A stretch of 64,000 nt of DNA from Patescibacteria group bacterium (GTDB taxonomy: Bacteria; Patescibacteriota; Minisyncoccia; Phycocordibacterales; PALSA-1337), in NCBI GenBank assembly GCA_018971685.1, contig JAGXAG010000002.1, forward strand, positions 2,276 through 66,275, written 5' to 3'. Shown here one piece after another: positions 46,209 to 57,261 of the stretch. The stretch's first letter is position 1. Each line of letters opens with the position of its first letter. The translations under genes and the position numbers were made by a program. The notes under the pieces were generated by a model, which saw nothing but the letters and a program-made list of their open reading frames with translations, was not told the DNA's origin and searched no databases.

Positions 46209-47960
46209 ATGAAATTCAGCGATTTTTTTTCACGGGCGAGGATAAGGCGATATGCCGAAATTGATCCGGATGAAGTCTTGCTCGATGCCAGCAACATACC
46301 GAAATACGACAAAAACAGCCTTGAAGGACGGCTGGAAAAGCCGATTTCAAAAGCATCACTATATTCAATCGTTGGCGCACTAACGATAGTGTTTATCATA
46401 TTCCTGGCACAAGCATGGAAATTGCAAATAGCCGACGGCGAGACTTATTTGACGAGAAGCAACATGAATCTGTTGCGGCCCGTGCCCATCTTCGCCGCCA
46501 GAGGAACGATCACTGACCGTAACGGAGTATTGTTGGCGTGGAATGCGCCGAGCGGAAACGGCGGCGGCGATTCTTCCGCCAGCGGCACGCAAGCCGTCAG
46601 CGCCATGGATGATTATGTGCCGAAAAGGGAATACGCAACTACCACTGGCTTGGCTCATATTCAAGGCTATGTACAATATCCGTCAAAAGACAACAACGGC
46701 TTTTATTATACAGAAGATTTCCAAGGCATAGACGGCGCCGAAAAATATTTCAACAGCGAACTTCAAGGAATTAACGGATCAAGATTGATCGAAGTCGATG
46801 CCCACAACAAGATAGTGTCGCAGAATATCGTCAAGTCTCCGGTGTCAGGACAAAATGTTGCGCTTTCGGTAGACAGCCGTGTGCAATCTGAACTTTTCAA
46901 TAATATAAAAGCGATTGCGGACCAGTACGGCTTCAAGGGTGGTGCCGGTATCATCATGAATACGCGAACCGGCGAGATCATCGCTTTGACTAGTTACCCG
47001 GAATACAACCCCCAAGTTATGTCAGATAAGACCGATAAGTCGGCGGTTATAGCCGAGTTGAACAATCCGGATTTGCCGTTCCTAGACCGCGCCGTTGACG
47101 GCCTGTATACGCCTGGCTCTATCGTCAAACCATATATTGCGCTCGGCGTACTTAACGAAGGCGTCATCGATCCGAATAAGATCATAGTTACGACCGGATC
47201 TATATCGGTGCCAAATCCTTACAATCCAAGCCAAGTCTCAGTATTCAACGACTGGAAAGACTTGGGACCCCTGGATCTGCGTCATGCCATTGCCATGTCT
47301 TCAGACGCGTATTTCTATACCGTGGGTGGCGGTTACAAGGATCAAAATGGGTTGGGCATTGCTAACATCGACAAGTATTTACGGTTGTTCGGCTTTGGAT
47401 CGGTCATACCAGACTCGTTCGTGTCCGGCAAATCTGGCACCATACCGACGCCGGAATGGAAAAAGGCCACTTTCAACGAGCCTTGGTATTTAGGCGACAC
47501 TTATCATACGGCTATCGGGCAATACGGCACACAGGTAACACCGGCACAAATCGTCCGTGCCGTAGCAGCGGTTGCCAACGGCGGCACTCTGCTCGTGCCG
47601 ACTATCATTAAAGGTGATGGTCCGCATGTCGATCGCGTGATCGATTCAATACCGCAGAATGATTTTCAGATTGTGCGCGAAGGTATGCGCCTGTCGGCTA
47701 CAATCGGTACTGGCAAAGCTATGAATGTTCCATACGAAGAATTCGCTACCAAAACAGGTACTGCAGAATTGGGTGCCAGCAAAGAAAAAGTCAATTCATG
47801 GATCACCGGATTCTGGCCTTATCAAAGCCCGAAATACGCTTTTGCAGTCATGCTCGAACAAGGATCGGTACACAACCTCATAGGTGCCGCGGCAGTCATG
47901 AGACGAACCGCTGATTGGATGGAAATTCATACTCCGGAATATTTCAATGTTAGTCCTTGA
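46209..47960 (+). CDS. mrdA: Penicillin-binding protein 2 (peptidoglycan D,D-transpeptidase)
   Basis: SxxK (SIVKP), SxD/N (SSD) and KTG (KTGTAE) motifs at the correct spacing. N-terminal TM and dimerisation domain. Confidence 0.85.
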   Translation: MKFSDFFSRARIRRYAEIDPDEVLLDASNIPKYDKNSLEGRLEKPISKASLYSIVGALTIVFIIFLAQAWKLQIADGETYLTRSNMNLLRPVPIFAARGTITDRNGVLLAWNAPSGNGGGDSSASGTQAVSAMDDYVPKREYATTTGLAHIQGYVQYPSKDNNGFYYTEDFQGIDGAEKYFNSELQGINGSRLIEVDAHNKIVSQNIVKSPVSGQNVALSVDSRVQSELFNNIKAIADQYGFKGGAGIIMNTRTGEIIALTSYPEYNPQVMSDKTDKSAVIAELNNPDLPFLDRAVDGLYTPGSIVKPYIALGVLNEGVIDPNKIIVTTGSISVPNPYNPSQVSVFNDWKDLGPLDLRHAIAMSSDAYFYTVGGGYKDQNGLGIANIDKYLRLFGFGSVIPDSFVSGKSGTIPTPEWKKATFNEPWYLGDTYHTAIGQYGTQVTPAQIVRAVAAVANGGTLLVPTIIKGDGPHVDRVIDSIPQNDFQIVREGMRLSATIGTGKAMNVPYEEFATKTGTAELGASKEKVNSWITGFWPYQSPKYAFAVMLEQGSVHNLIGAAAVMRRTADWMEIHTPEYFNVSP

Positions 47961-48018
47961 TATCGAGGACTCACCTTGATAGTATTTAGATATTAACCAT
48001 AAGATCAGTACTCAAAAA

Positions 48019-48486
48019 ATGCCTAACGAAACACAATATTTGACGAGTGAGAAATTCGCGGAACTCTCTAAAGAGCTTGATATTTTGAAGACGGAACGGC
48101 GCAAGGAAGTGGCTGAAAGCCTGGAATATGCCAAGAAACTAGGCGATTTGTCCGAAAACGCCGAATATCATCAGGCTCGCGAAGAACAGGCTGAAGTCGA
48201 AGATCGCATCAATCGTCTGGAACAGCTATTAAAACACGCCGTTCTCGCCGATAAAGGCAGCAGCGAAGTGGTAACCGTAGGAACTACTTTGCGTATCCAG
48301 CGCGACGGCGACAATAAATCATATCTTTATACCATAGTCGGCTCTGAAGAAGCTGATATGTCACATGGCAAAATCTCCAACATATCTCCGTTAGGCTCGG
48401 CTTTGATCGGTCGGAAAAAGGGCGATACGGTCACAGTGTCTACGCCAAACGGGGATATTAAATACACGATTGTAATCATAAAATAA
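48019..48486 (+). CDS. greA: Transcription elongation factor GreA
   Basis: N-terminal coiled-coil with acidic tip (LGDLSENAEYHQAREEQ) and C-terminal FKBP-like domain. 155 aa. Confidence 0.9.
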   Translation: MPNETQYLTSEKFAELSKELDILKTERRKEVAESLEYAKKLGDLSENAEYHQAREEQAEVEDRINRLEQLLKHAVLADKGSSEVVTVGTTLRIQRDGDNKSYLYTIVGSEEADMSHGKISNISPLGSALIGRKKGDTVTVSTPNGDIKYTIVIIK

Positions 48487-48516
48487 GCTTACAGTGCAAA
48501 CCGCAAATCAAATCTC

Positions 48517-49977
48517 ATGGCTTCGATCGATGAATTAAAACAAACCCGGCTGAACAAACTGGAGTCGCTAATAAAATCCGGCATGAATCCGTATCCGGTA
48601 TCAGTGCCGCGCGATTTTTCTTTGGAGGAAGCACAGAACAAATTTAAAGAATACGAAAAATCGCAGAAACAAGTATCGCTTGCAGGTAGGATTATGGCGA
48701 TACGCGGACAAGGTGCCATATTGTTTTTTGTGCTTGATGATGGCACCGCCAAATTCCAAGCTGTGGCGAAAAAAGACGCGATCGAACCGAAACTGTTCAA
48801 ATTAATCACTGACACTGTTGACATTGGTGACATCGTCAGTGTTACCGGCATTTTATTCACGACCCAAAAAGGCGAAGAAAGCCTGCTGATCGCCGATTGG
48901 AAAATGGCCGCCAAATCGCTCTTGCCTTTGCCAGAAAAATGGCACGGCCTGCAAGATCCGGACGAAAAACTGCGCAAACGCTATCTGGATTTCATTATGG
49001 CGCCGGAGAAGCGGGAATTGTTCTACAAAAAGGCGAAGTTTTGGCAGCTCACAAGAAAGTTTATGGAAGACAGGGGATTTATCGAAGTAGAGACTCCCAC
49101 GCTGGAAACTACTACCGGCGGCGCGGAAGCAAGACCTTTCATAACGCACCATAACGATTACGATCTAGATGTTTATTTGCGAATATCTGTGGGTGAACTT
49201 TGGCAAAAAAGACTGATGGCTGCGGGATTTCCAAAGACCTTTGAGATCGGCCGTGTATACAGGAACGAAGGTTCCAGCCCGGAGCATGTCCAGGAATTCA
49301 CCAACATGGAATACTATTGGTCATACGCTGATTATGAAGATGGCATGAATCTGACCGTGGAGTTGTATAGACACTTGGCCAAGGAAGTTTTCGGTACCAC
49401 CAAATTTGACTCTCGGGGACACTCTTTCGATCTGTCAGAAGAATGGCAGAAGATTGATTATGGCGAGGAAGTTAAAAAGCAGACGAGCGTTGACATAAAT
49501 ATGGCTACTGACGAAGAATTGCTTGATAAGGTGAACGAATTAAAAATCGACTATGACGGGAACAATAGGGAAAGACTGATTGATACTCTATGGAAATATT
49601 GCAGAAAAAATATTGCAGGTCCGGCATTTTTGATCAACCATCCGATTCTGGTGGCGCCTTTGGCAAAGAGCGTACCGGGTAAATCAGGAACGGTCCAAAT
49701 GTTTCAGCCTATTATTGCCGGCAGTGAGATCGGCAGAGGTTATTCGGAGTTGAACGATCCGATCGATCAGAAGAAAAGGTTTGAAGAACAGCTGAAACTT
49801 TTTGATGCCGGTGACAAAGAAGCAATGATGCCGGATTGGGAATTTGTCGAGATGTTGGAACACGCCATGCCTCCCACATGTGGTTTTGGTTTTGGCGAAC
49901 GACTGTTTTCGGTACTTGCTGGCCAGCCCCTGCGCGAGACGCAATTGTTCCCGCTGGTGCGGCCGAAGAAAAATTGA
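48517..49977 (+). CDS. lysS: Lysyl-tRNA synthetase, class II
   Basis: N-terminal OB anticodon-binding domain and class-II motifs 1-3 (e.g. FIEVETPTLE, GFGFGERL). Confidence 0.95.
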   Translation: MASIDELKQTRLNKLESLIKSGMNPYPVSVPRDFSLEEAQNKFKEYEKSQKQVSLAGRIMAIRGQGAILFFVLDDGTAKFQAVAKKDAIEPKLFKLITDTVDIGDIVSVTGILFTTQKGEESLLIADWKMAAKSLLPLPEKWHGLQDPDEKLRKRYLDFIMAPEKRELFYKKAKFWQLTRKFMEDRGFIEVETPTLETTTGGAEARPFITHHNDYDLDVYLRISVGELWQKRLMAAGFPKTFEIGRVYRNEGSSPEHVQEFTNMEYYWSYADYEDGMNLTVELYRHLAKEVFGTTKFDSRGHSFDLSEEWQKIDYGEEVKKQTSVDINMATDEELLDKVNELKIDYDGNNRERLIDTLWKYCRKNIAGPAFLINHPILVAPLAKSVPGKSGTVQMFQPIIAGSEIGRGYSELNDPIDQKKRFEEQLKLFDAGDKEAMMPDWEFVEMLEHAMPPTCGFGFGERLFSVLAGQPLRETQLFPLVRPKKN

Positions 49978-50090
49978 TTAATTTTTATTGATCAAAAACA
50001 TTACTGCAAACCGGCGAGATCTTGTTTTTCGGCATTGACTTCAAGGTGTAAAATTGCGAAAATTACGGCAATAGAGAATGTAATAACGCA

Positions 50091-50849
50091 ATGGAACACC
50101 TGACGAAGCAACAAATAGTATTGGTCACACTGTTGGTATCATTTGTGACCGCGCTCGCGACTGGAGTGGTGACGGTGTCGCTCATGAACCAGGCACCAGA
50201 GAGCGTGACGCAGACCATAAGCAAGGTAATAGAGCGCACCATAGAAGCCGCGGCGCCACAGGGGGCCGCCGTGGCGACCGCGCCGAACTACGGTGACATC
50301 ATAGCCAATGCGGTGGAGAAAATCGCTTCAAGCACCGTTACTATAATAGACGATCAAACATCGTCGGCACTTGGTTCTGGATTGATAGTTTCCAAAGAAG
50401 GTGTGATATTGACGGACAAATCAGTCGTGGCCGAAGCACACAAGTATGATGTGGTTCTGAATGACGGTACAAAAATACCAGTTGTCATAGTGCAATCACA
50501 AATAAACGGCAACATCGTCTTCCTGGCGCCGTTCCCGCCGTATACTGCCTTGACCGAACCGGTCACGCCGGCCGCTTTCGCCGGTGTGCCAAAATTGGGG
50601 CAGACAGTCTATGCGCTTGCCGGCACTTCCTCGCCCTTACTGGTGCAAGGTCTGATCACTTCACTGCCGGGTGTTGACCAAAATATAGGCACATCCATTT
50701 CTACGCAAAATATTTCCCCAGGCGGCGCACTATTTGATACCGGCGGGGAGATTGTCGGCATGATGTTGGCGCCATCTGATAAGAATGGTTCCGGCGGCTT
50801 TTACCCGGTTGGGACGCTGGTTGGGGTAATTCCGGTATTGATGAAGTGA
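50091..50849 (+). CDS. Membrane-anchored trypsin-like (S1C/HtrA-like) domain protein, apparently catalytically degenerate
   Basis: GSGLIVSKEGVILTDKSVV resembles the HtrA GSG(F/V)I...TNNHVV block but with His replaced. The GNSGG position reads SPGGAL, so the Ser nucleophile appears lost. By-eye alignment. Confidence 0.45.
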   Translation: MEHLTKQQIVLVTLLVSFVTALATGVVTVSLMNQAPESVTQTISKVIERTIEAAAPQGAAVATAPNYGDIIANAVEKIASSTVTIIDDQTSSALGSGLIVSKEGVILTDKSVVAEAHKYDVVLNDGTKIPVVIVQSQINGNIVFLAPFPPYTALTEPVTPAAFAGVPKLGQTVYALAGTSSPLLVQGLITSLPGVDQNIGTSISTQNISPGGALFDTGGEIVGMMLAPSDKNGSGGFYPVGTLVGVIPVLMK

Positions 50850-50953
50850 TAGAAACAGCTTTGGAATATGCCCATGTTGACGAAGCCTGATCAGGCGGTT
50901 TTTTCGCATGCAACTTTTTGCAAGCTTACACAGTTATATGTTATAGTAATGTC

Positions 50954-53632
50954 ATGCCGCCATTAGCAAAACTAACCACAAAAGCCAGAGAGGCCTTGAA
51001 ACGGGCTCACGAGCTTGCCATCGAGCGTGGCCAGAATCATGTCAATCCCACGCACCTTTTGTGTGCTCTTTTGTTGCAAGAAGAAAGCCTCGTCATGTCC
51101 ATCTTGGACAAACTTGAGGTAGATACCCAGATGCTCATCGATGTTGTTCTGGAACACATAGAGTCTCCGGAATCGTCCAATGTTCTTTCTCCTTCATACC
51201 AAATATACATAACGCCGGACCTCGCCCAAATATTGGACAACTCCCTGCGTGTAGCAAGCAATTTGAAAGAAGAATTTATCGCGCCCGAGCATCTATTCCT
51301 CTCGGTTTTTGACATCCAATGTCCCGCGCGCGATATTCTGGCCAAATTCAAAATAGAGAAGGATCAGGTGTCTAAGATAGTCAAAGAACTCAAGACCAAT
51401 CCCCCGACCAAGGAAATCGGTACCAAGAAATTTCGTACTCTCTACAAATACGCTCGCAGTTTGACGCGCTTGGCGCACGAAAACAAGCTCGACCCCGTAA
51501 TTGGTCGCGATGCGGAGATAATGCGTATCATACAGATACTTTCGCGCCGAACAAAAAATAACCCGATACTCATAGGCGAAGCCGGCGTGGGCAAAACTGC
51601 GATTGCCGAAGGTTTGGCCTTGCGTATGGCTCAAAGCGATGTGCCGGAATCGCTAAAAGACAAAGAATTAGTATCTCTTGATCTTGGTTCGCTCATTGCA
51701 GGCACCAAATACCGCGGTGAATTCGAGGAAAGGCTCAAGAATATACTCAAAGAAGTCGAGCGCGCCGAAGGCAAAATCATCCTATTTATCGATGAAATAC
51801 ATACTTTGGTCGGCGCAGGTGCGGCGGAGGGTTCAATGGACGCTTCCAACATGTTGAAGCCCGCCTTGGCTCGCGGCGAACTTCGGGCTATAGGTGCCAC
51901 CACCATAAAGGAATATCAAAAATACATAGAGAAAGATCCGGCTTTGACACGCAGGTTCCAGCCGGTTTTCGTACAGGAGCCGACGGTGGAAGACGCCATC
52001 GCCATACTCAGAGGTATAAAAGAGAAATACGAACTATACCACGGCGTGAGGATTGCCGATGACGCTATCATAGCCGCGGTCAACCTCGCCAGCAGGTACA
52101 TCACTGACCGATTTTTGCCGGACAAAGTTGTGGACCTCATAGACGAAGCCGCTTCATCCTTGCGTATTTCGCTAGAGAACATGCCGCCGGAACTTGAAGA
52201 TGCCCGTAGAAAGATCATGCGCCTAGAGATAGAGCGGGAGGCTTTGAAGAAAGAGACCGACAAAGCCGCCAAAGCCAGAATGACGGTTATAGAAAAGGAG
52301 ATAGCCGATCTGAAAGAAGGCACAGCCGAGCTTGAGCTAAAATGGCAGAATGAAAAAAGTACCATTAACGACATCAAGCGCATCAAGAAAGACCTTGAAG
52401 CTATGCGCATAGAAGCCGAAATGGCCGAGGCACACGCGGATCTTGCCAAAGCGGCCGAGATTAGATACGGCAAACTGCCCGTATCAGAGAAAGAACTCGA
52501 TCAGAAGAACAAGCGGCTCAAGAAACTGCAATCCTCGCGGCGCATACTGAAAGAAGAAATCAACGCCGAAGATATCGCTGGCGTGGTGTCGCGTTGGACA
52601 GGCATACCGGTGTCGAGGATGCTGGAGTCGGAAGCATCCAAGCTTCTGCGTATGGAAGACGAGCTGAAAAAACGCGTTGTCGGCCAGGACGAAGCTGTAT
52701 CGAAAATAGCAGATACTATACGCCGTTCGCGCGCGGGCGTATCCGATCCAAACAGGCCTATAGGTTCATTTATATTCCTGGGACCGACCGGCGTCGGCAA
52801 AACGGAGCTGACCAAGACGCTGGCGGAGTTTTTGTTCAACGACGAGAAGGCCCTTATCCGTGTGGACATGTCGGAATTCATGGAGAAACATTCAGTGTCG
52901 AAACTGATCGGCGCGCCGCCGGGCTATGTTGGTCACGAAGAAGGTGGCACCATTACTGAAACAGTCAGGCACAGGCCGTACTCGGTGGTTTTGTTCGACG
53001 AGATAGAGAAAGCGCACCCGGAAGTTTTCAACATTCTCTTGCAAGTGCTTGATAACGGACGTTTGACGGATTCCAAGGGCCGTTTGGTGAATTTTCGGAA
53101 CACGGTCATTATCATGACATCGAATATCGGCGCGCAATTCATCGAAAAAATGGAAAAGATCGGCTTTGCCAAGAATACCGACAATGCGGACAGGGACAAT
53201 TATGCGACCGCCAAAGACAAAGTATTTTCCGCTTTGAAGGATTATTTCCGGCCGGAATTCTTGAACCGCGTTGACGATACCATAATTTTCGACATCTTGT
53301 CGCCGGCGGCGGTCAAGGATATCGTGAAAATCCAAGTTGAAGAAGTGGTCAAACGACTTTCAGATAAAGATATCAATCTGGTTTTGTCATCGGAAGTCTT
53401 GGATTATTTGGCCAAAGAAGGCTATAATCCGCAATATGGCGCGCGGCCTCTCAAGAGGTTGATCCAAACGAAAGTTCTTACGCCGGTGGCGAAACTTTTG
53501 ATCGGCCGTGAAATAGCGAGGGGCGGCACCATCATGGTCGGATTGAAAGGCGATCAGTTTGTTTTCGAGGTTAAGAAGAAACACAAAGGCGAAAGCCCAA
53601 TCGTGATGCCGGAAATATTGCTTCAAAAATAA
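50954..53632 (+). CDS. clpB: Chaperone ClpB (AAA+ disaggregase)
   Basis: Clp_N repeats. Two AAA modules with Walker A GEAGVGKT and GPTGVGKT. Long middle coiled-coil. C-terminal sensor-2 region. Confidence 0.9.
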   Translation: MPPLAKLTTKAREALKRAHELAIERGQNHVNPTHLLCALLLQEESLVMSILDKLEVDTQMLIDVVLEHIESPESSNVLSPSYQIYITPDLAQILDNSLRVASNLKEEFIAPEHLFLSVFDIQCPARDILAKFKIEKDQVSKIVKELKTNPPTKEIGTKKFRTLYKYARSLTRLAHENKLDPVIGRDAEIMRIIQILSRRTKNNPILIGEAGVGKTAIAEGLALRMAQSDVPESLKDKELVSLDLGSLIAGTKYRGEFEERLKNILKEVERAEGKIILFIDEIHTLVGAGAAEGSMDASNMLKPALARGELRAIGATTIKEYQKYIEKDPALTRRFQPVFVQEPTVEDAIAILRGIKEKYELYHGVRIADDAIIAAVNLASRYITDRFLPDKVVDLIDEAASSLRISLENMPPELEDARRKIMRLEIEREALKKETDKAAKARMTVIEKEIADLKEGTAELELKWQNEKSTINDIKRIKKDLEAMRIEAEMAEAHADLAKAAEIRYGKLPVSEKELDQKNKRLKKLQSSRRILKEEINAEDIAGVVSRWTGIPVSRMLESEASKLLRMEDELKKRVVGQDEAVSKIADTIRRSRAGVSDPNRPIGSFIFLGPTGVGKTELTKTLAEFLFNDEKALIRVDMSEFMEKHSVSKLIGAPPGYVGHEEGGTITETVRHRPYSVVLFDEIEKAHPEVFNILLQVLDNGRLTDSKGRLVNFRNTVIIMTSNIGAQFIEKMEKIGFAKNTDNADRDNYATAKDKVFSALKDYFRPEFLNRVDDTIIFDILSPAAVKDIVKIQVEEVVKRLSDKDINLVLSSEVLDYLAKEGYNPQYGARPLKRLIQTKVLTPVAKLLIGREIARGGTIMVGLKGDQFVFEVKKKHKGESPIVMPEILLQK

Positions 53633-53669
53633 CCGGCGGCGTGCTAAAATTTCTTTGGTTCTATAAATC

Positions 53670-53753
53670 GCGCAGGTGGCAGAGTGGTCAATTGCAACTG
53701 GCTGTAAACCAGTCGCCCTATGGGCTACGGGGGTTCAAATCCCTCCCTGCGCA
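53670..53753 (+). tRNA. tRNA-Tyr (anticodon GTA), long variable arm
   Basis: Acceptor GCGCAGG/CCTGCGC. 3-bp D-stem. Anticodon stem ACTGG/CCAGT, loop CTGTAAA gives GTA. 16-nt variable arm. T-loop TTCAAAT. Confidence 0.8.
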
Positions 53754-53937
53754 CAGTTGTTTCTTGCTATTGATGAGAGTATCATTCCGGAATGGAAATA
53801 ATTTTTTGGAATGAAAAAATCGATAAATTCATCAATAATCTTGATAGGGTTACGGCTTCACATGTAAGGAAGACGATAAGGGCTCTTTCCAAAAGAATTC
53901 CCCCGCGCGCAAATCCAGAAGTGTTATCCGACCTTCT

Positions 53938-55140
53938 TCATTCGACGATTGTTCTTTTCAAATGCGTCGGAATCTTTACCGCGATCTCGTAAGGTATCGT
54001 GCCGCAGAGGGCGGCGGCGTTTCTTATCGAATTCAAATCCGATGTACCGCGGCTGAATACAATGACCGGCGTACCGATCTTCGCGTCTGTGACTCCCGAA
54101 ACATCTACAGTTGAAATATTCATGCTGACGCGGCCGATAATGGGGCAGGGGACGCGTTTCTCGCAGATTAGCATAGATCCATTATTGGATAGTCGCCGGT
54201 CGACGCCCTCGAAATAGCCGGCGGGGACGGTCGCAATCCGCATTTCATTCAAGGCCGTAAAGGTGCGTGAGTAACCGGCAGACTCGCCTTTTTTCAAAGT
54301 CTTGACACCCGTGATTATCGTTTTCAACTCCATTACCGGTTGAATATCGAGCGCTGGGGATTTTTCGGCCGAGAATGGATTGTTGTCCGACAAACCGTAA
54401 AGTCCGATGCCCAGTCGTGAAATGTTGGCTTTTATTTTACCGTGGAACCGGTGGCCGTCGGTGTTAGCCAGGTGTATGTATTTCAATTCCGGAAACGCAG
54501 CGGTGAATCGGTCGACAATGTCGTTCCATAAAGCGATTTGGTTTAAAGTGAATGATTGGTCGGAATTGTCAGCGTCTGGCAGGTGCGAGGCGATACCTTC
54601 GATGATTATACGCGGGTTTGATTTGATAATGTGCATCGTTTCGGCGACTTCTTCGGGCAATATGCCTTGGCGGCGCATGCCGGTGTCTATCTTTAGGTGA
54701 ATGGCGGATCGGCGGCGAAAGAATGAAAATTTATTGCAAGTACAGTTTCTGTCAGAGGTTAATTCGCGCAAAGAACGCAGTGTCTCAATGCTTGTCACGG
54801 CAAAGGAAATGTTTTTTAACCGCGAATTAGCTATAGTCTCGGGACGGGTATAACCAATGACAAGTAGGGGAGTATTTATGCCTCTTGCGCGCAAAGCGAC
54901 CGCTTCAAAGTATGAATCGATGACGAAAAACGGCGCTTTTTCCGACTCCAATATTTCAGCGACCTCGATCAGTCCGTGCCCATAAGCGTTACTCTTCAGA
55001 ACTGGCGCAATATTACCATTCGGGGCCAACTTCTTGAATTGATTGAGATTATTCAACAGGCGACCACGCGATATTTCGACAGTGATCAGCGGTTCATATG
55101 GAAAACGAGATTTCGACAAGCGGGTAAGCCATCTTTTCAT
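53938..55140 (-). CDS. alr: Alanine racemase
   Basis: PLP-lysine motif PVLKSNAYGHG. C-terminal conserved Tyr region. 400 aa. Confidence 0.85.
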   Translation of the reverse strand: MKRWLTRLSKSRFPYEPLITVEISRGRLLNNLNQFKKLAPNGNIAPVLKSNAYGHGLIEVAEILESEKAPFFVIDSYFEAVALRARGINTPLLVIGYTRPETIANSRLKNISFAVTSIETLRSLRELTSDRNCTCNKFSFFRRRSAIHLKIDTGMRRQGILPEEVAETMHIIKSNPRIIIEGIASHLPDADNSDQSFTLNQIALWNDIVDRFTAAFPELKYIHLANTDGHRFHGKIKANISRLGIGLYGLSDNNPFSAEKSPALDIQPVMELKTIITGVKTLKKGESAGYSRTFTALNEMRIATVPAGYFEGVDRRLSNNGSMLICEKRVPCPIIGRVSMNISTVDVSGVTDAKIGTPVIVFSRGTSDLNSIRNAAALCGTIPYEIAVKIPTHLKRTIVE

Positions 55141-55331
55141 TGTCTTATTTTACGCCAGAATGTTGCCGCTAGCTACTTGACTTTTATTGATGATTATGAT
55201 AGGGTATTGACCAGTAAACCGAGACTAACGCAGTCTCATTTTTGTTCCTTGACAGTCGCATATGTCAGCCAAACCTTAACTTCTCCGCGGATGTGGAGGG
55301 GGTGTGCGAGTGTTGGGGGATTCGACTAACC

Positions 55332-55601
55332 ATGAAAAAAGCTCAAAAATCATTCAGCGAAGTTCTACTTGACGAAAGCAAAGAGACCGAAAGGACCGGC
55401 GCCAAGGCTATAATTTGTTGTTTCACCTTTGCCTCCGTGGCATTGGTAGTGTTTGCGTGGTTTGCATCGCGACACAGCGATGTCAACCGACAAACAATGC
55501 CACAACAAGTCGTGACACAAGAAATCACCTCGCCGACAACAACGGTCAAAACAGTAACCTTTACGGTGAAGCCAAGGTTGTCTACTTCGCCGCAGAAGTA
55601 A
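55332..55601 (+). CDS. Hypothetical small membrane protein (89 aa)
   Basis: ATG at 55332 and one TM helix (AIICCFTFASVALVVFAWF), then a Thr-rich segment. Confidence 0.3.
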   Translation: MKKAQKSFSEVLLDESKETERTGAKAIICCFTFASVALVVFAWFASRHSDVNRQTMPQQVVTQEITSPTTTVKTVTFTVKPRLSTSPQK

Positions 55602-55650
55602 TCACGAAGACAACAACAAACCAAAAAACAGACAAGAAAAAAGAACGACA

Positions 55651-56754
55651 ATGAAAACAAAAATCATCGCCTTGGTCGCGGCGTCCACACTCTGCCTATC
55701 TGCCTTCTGCCAAACCCCGGCACCGTGGGTCGATCCGACAACCGTTCCGGTGGTGCCAGCATCCGTGGCTGTTAGTGGTCGGCAAGCAATTGCCAACTAT
55801 CTGACATTCCAGATTGATCACGTGCTGGTTCAATACACCGGCGCGTCCGTTGTCACGCCGGGTAGCGTGTACCTAGACGCGAATGCGCTCAAATCGTTCG
55901 GCTATGGCCATCGCGGCTCATTTGCCGAACTGAGTGCCTCCACAGCCAGTCAAGTGTTCTCGGCACAAGTCGTGCCGACACCTGACGGATTCTACAGCGT
56001 TCAAGTGAATGTTACCTATTACACCGCCGACAACCGGCAAGTATTTTTAGGTAACGGGTGGCTCAACATCCAAACCAACCCGGACGGTACTCTTACGGCT
56101 GGACAGTTCCAGCCGTGGGTAAACTTGAACAGCCAAATCGCCATTCAATATACGAACTACATTGGAGCGGCGAAATGGATAGGACACTATGGCAGTTCGC
56201 AAGATCTGCAAGTGTCGTACGACGGCCAGAATTCCACGGTGATCGTACCTGAGAAGGTTCTCGGTGACGGTTACTTCGTGGTTTCCGACCTCAACGGCAA
56301 TGTTTCCGGGTGGGATCTGTCGAACGGTACAGCATTGAATGGCAAAACCGTCGTGGCTTTGTTGGGACAAACCAGCTCAAGCGATATTCGTGTCCTCCAG
56401 GATCCGATTTCGTTCGATGCCGGCGGGTCCCAATTCTACAAGTCCGGCGAGAAGTTCTTCGGGCGGTTTCCGCTCCTTGATGTCACTCTTCACCAGCCGC
56501 TCAAGACGGGGATTTACTTCCTCGTGCCGGTTTGGGGAATGAGTCAGGGGATAGCGCCGACGAGGATGTTTGTCACGCCAGTTTATTTTGAGGATAACAG
56601 CGTGCCGAACCCGGCGGTCGGCCAGGAATACGAACTGCCCTGGAATGCGGATGCGGGCGGATTTATTATGAATCTGCCGATTGGCGGATACCACATCCGC
56701 TGTGAGTTTCAGGGGGTTTTGGACTGGGAGTCTGATCCCAGTCCGAAGGGATAG
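55651..56754 (+). CDS. Hypothetical secreted protein (signal peptide, 367 aa)
   Basis: N-terminus MKTKIIALVAASTLCLSAFCQ is a typical signal peptide. Beta-rich sequence. Confidence 0.55.
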   Translation: MKTKIIALVAASTLCLSAFCQTPAPWVDPTTVPVVPASVAVSGRQAIANYLTFQIDHVLVQYTGASVVTPGSVYLDANALKSFGYGHRGSFAELSASTASQVFSAQVVPTPDGFYSVQVNVTYYTADNRQVFLGNGWLNIQTNPDGTLTAGQFQPWVNLNSQIAIQYTNYIGAAKWIGHYGSSQDLQVSYDGQNSTVIVPEKVLGDGYFVVSDLNGNVSGWDLSNGTALNGKTVVALLGQTSSSDIRVLQDPISFDAGGSQFYKSGEKFFGRFPLLDVTLHQPLKTGIYFLVPVWGMSQGIAPTRMFVTPVYFEDNSVPNPAVGQEYELPWNADAGGFIMNLPIGGYHIRCEFQGVLDWESDPSPKG

Positions 56755-56849
56755 TGACTGACAGCGACTTACTAGGCCCCGCAAGGAATTCTTGGATCAC
56801 AAATCTGGGAACTTGCGGGGTTTTAAATTTGTGCTATATTGGATCGGTC

Positions 56850-57005
56850 ATGTCCCAAGATTCATTAATACAACTGAAAAACAAATCAACCGGCGAGGTC
56901 TATTGGACGCGCAAGAACAAGAAGAAAGTAGAGAAGAAAATAGAGCTCAAGAAATACAGCGCCAAGTTGCGCAAACATGTCGTCTTCAAAGAAGCCAAAA
57001 AATAG
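56850..57005 (+). CDS. rpmG: 50S ribosomal protein L33 (bL33)
   Basis: MSQDSLIQLKNKSTGEVYWTRKNKKKVEKKIELKKYSAKLRKHVVFKEAKK matches the L33 pattern (...TTKNKR...KLELKKYDP..RKHV.FKE.K). Adjacent tRNA-Trp is a common neighbour. Confidence 0.8.
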   Translation: MSQDSLIQLKNKSTGEVYWTRKNKKKVEKKIELKKYSAKLRKHVVFKEAKK

Positions 57006-57087
57006 GATTTACGATTTACGAATTATGATTTAAGATTAACGCAGACACCCGTTTGTGCTTGTTTATAAAACATAAATCTTCCCCAGT

Positions 57088-57158
57088 GGGCGATTAGTTA
57101 AGTGGTATAACTGCGGTCTCCAAAACCGCTGTCCGAGGTTCGATTCCTCGATCGCCCG
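57088..57158 (+). tRNA. tRNA-Trp (anticodon CCA)
   Basis: Acceptor GGGCGAT/ATCGCCC. D-stem GTTA/TAAC. Anticodon stem GCGGT/ACCGC, loop CTCCAAA gives CCA. T-arm CGAGG-TTCGATT-CCTCG. Discriminator G. Confidence 0.8.
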
Positions 57159-57261
57159 CACTTGACAAAATTATAGTAACTGTGGTAAACTAGTCAGCGT
57201 TAGTGACAGCATCAAATTCGCGCTTTAATAACTTTAATAGTAAGCGAGTTTTAATCACTTA

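Noticed and set aside
51916-52473. 185-aa minus-strand ORF and several smaller ones inside clpB
   Set aside because: Antisense to clpB. Ser/Ala-rich low-complexity translation.
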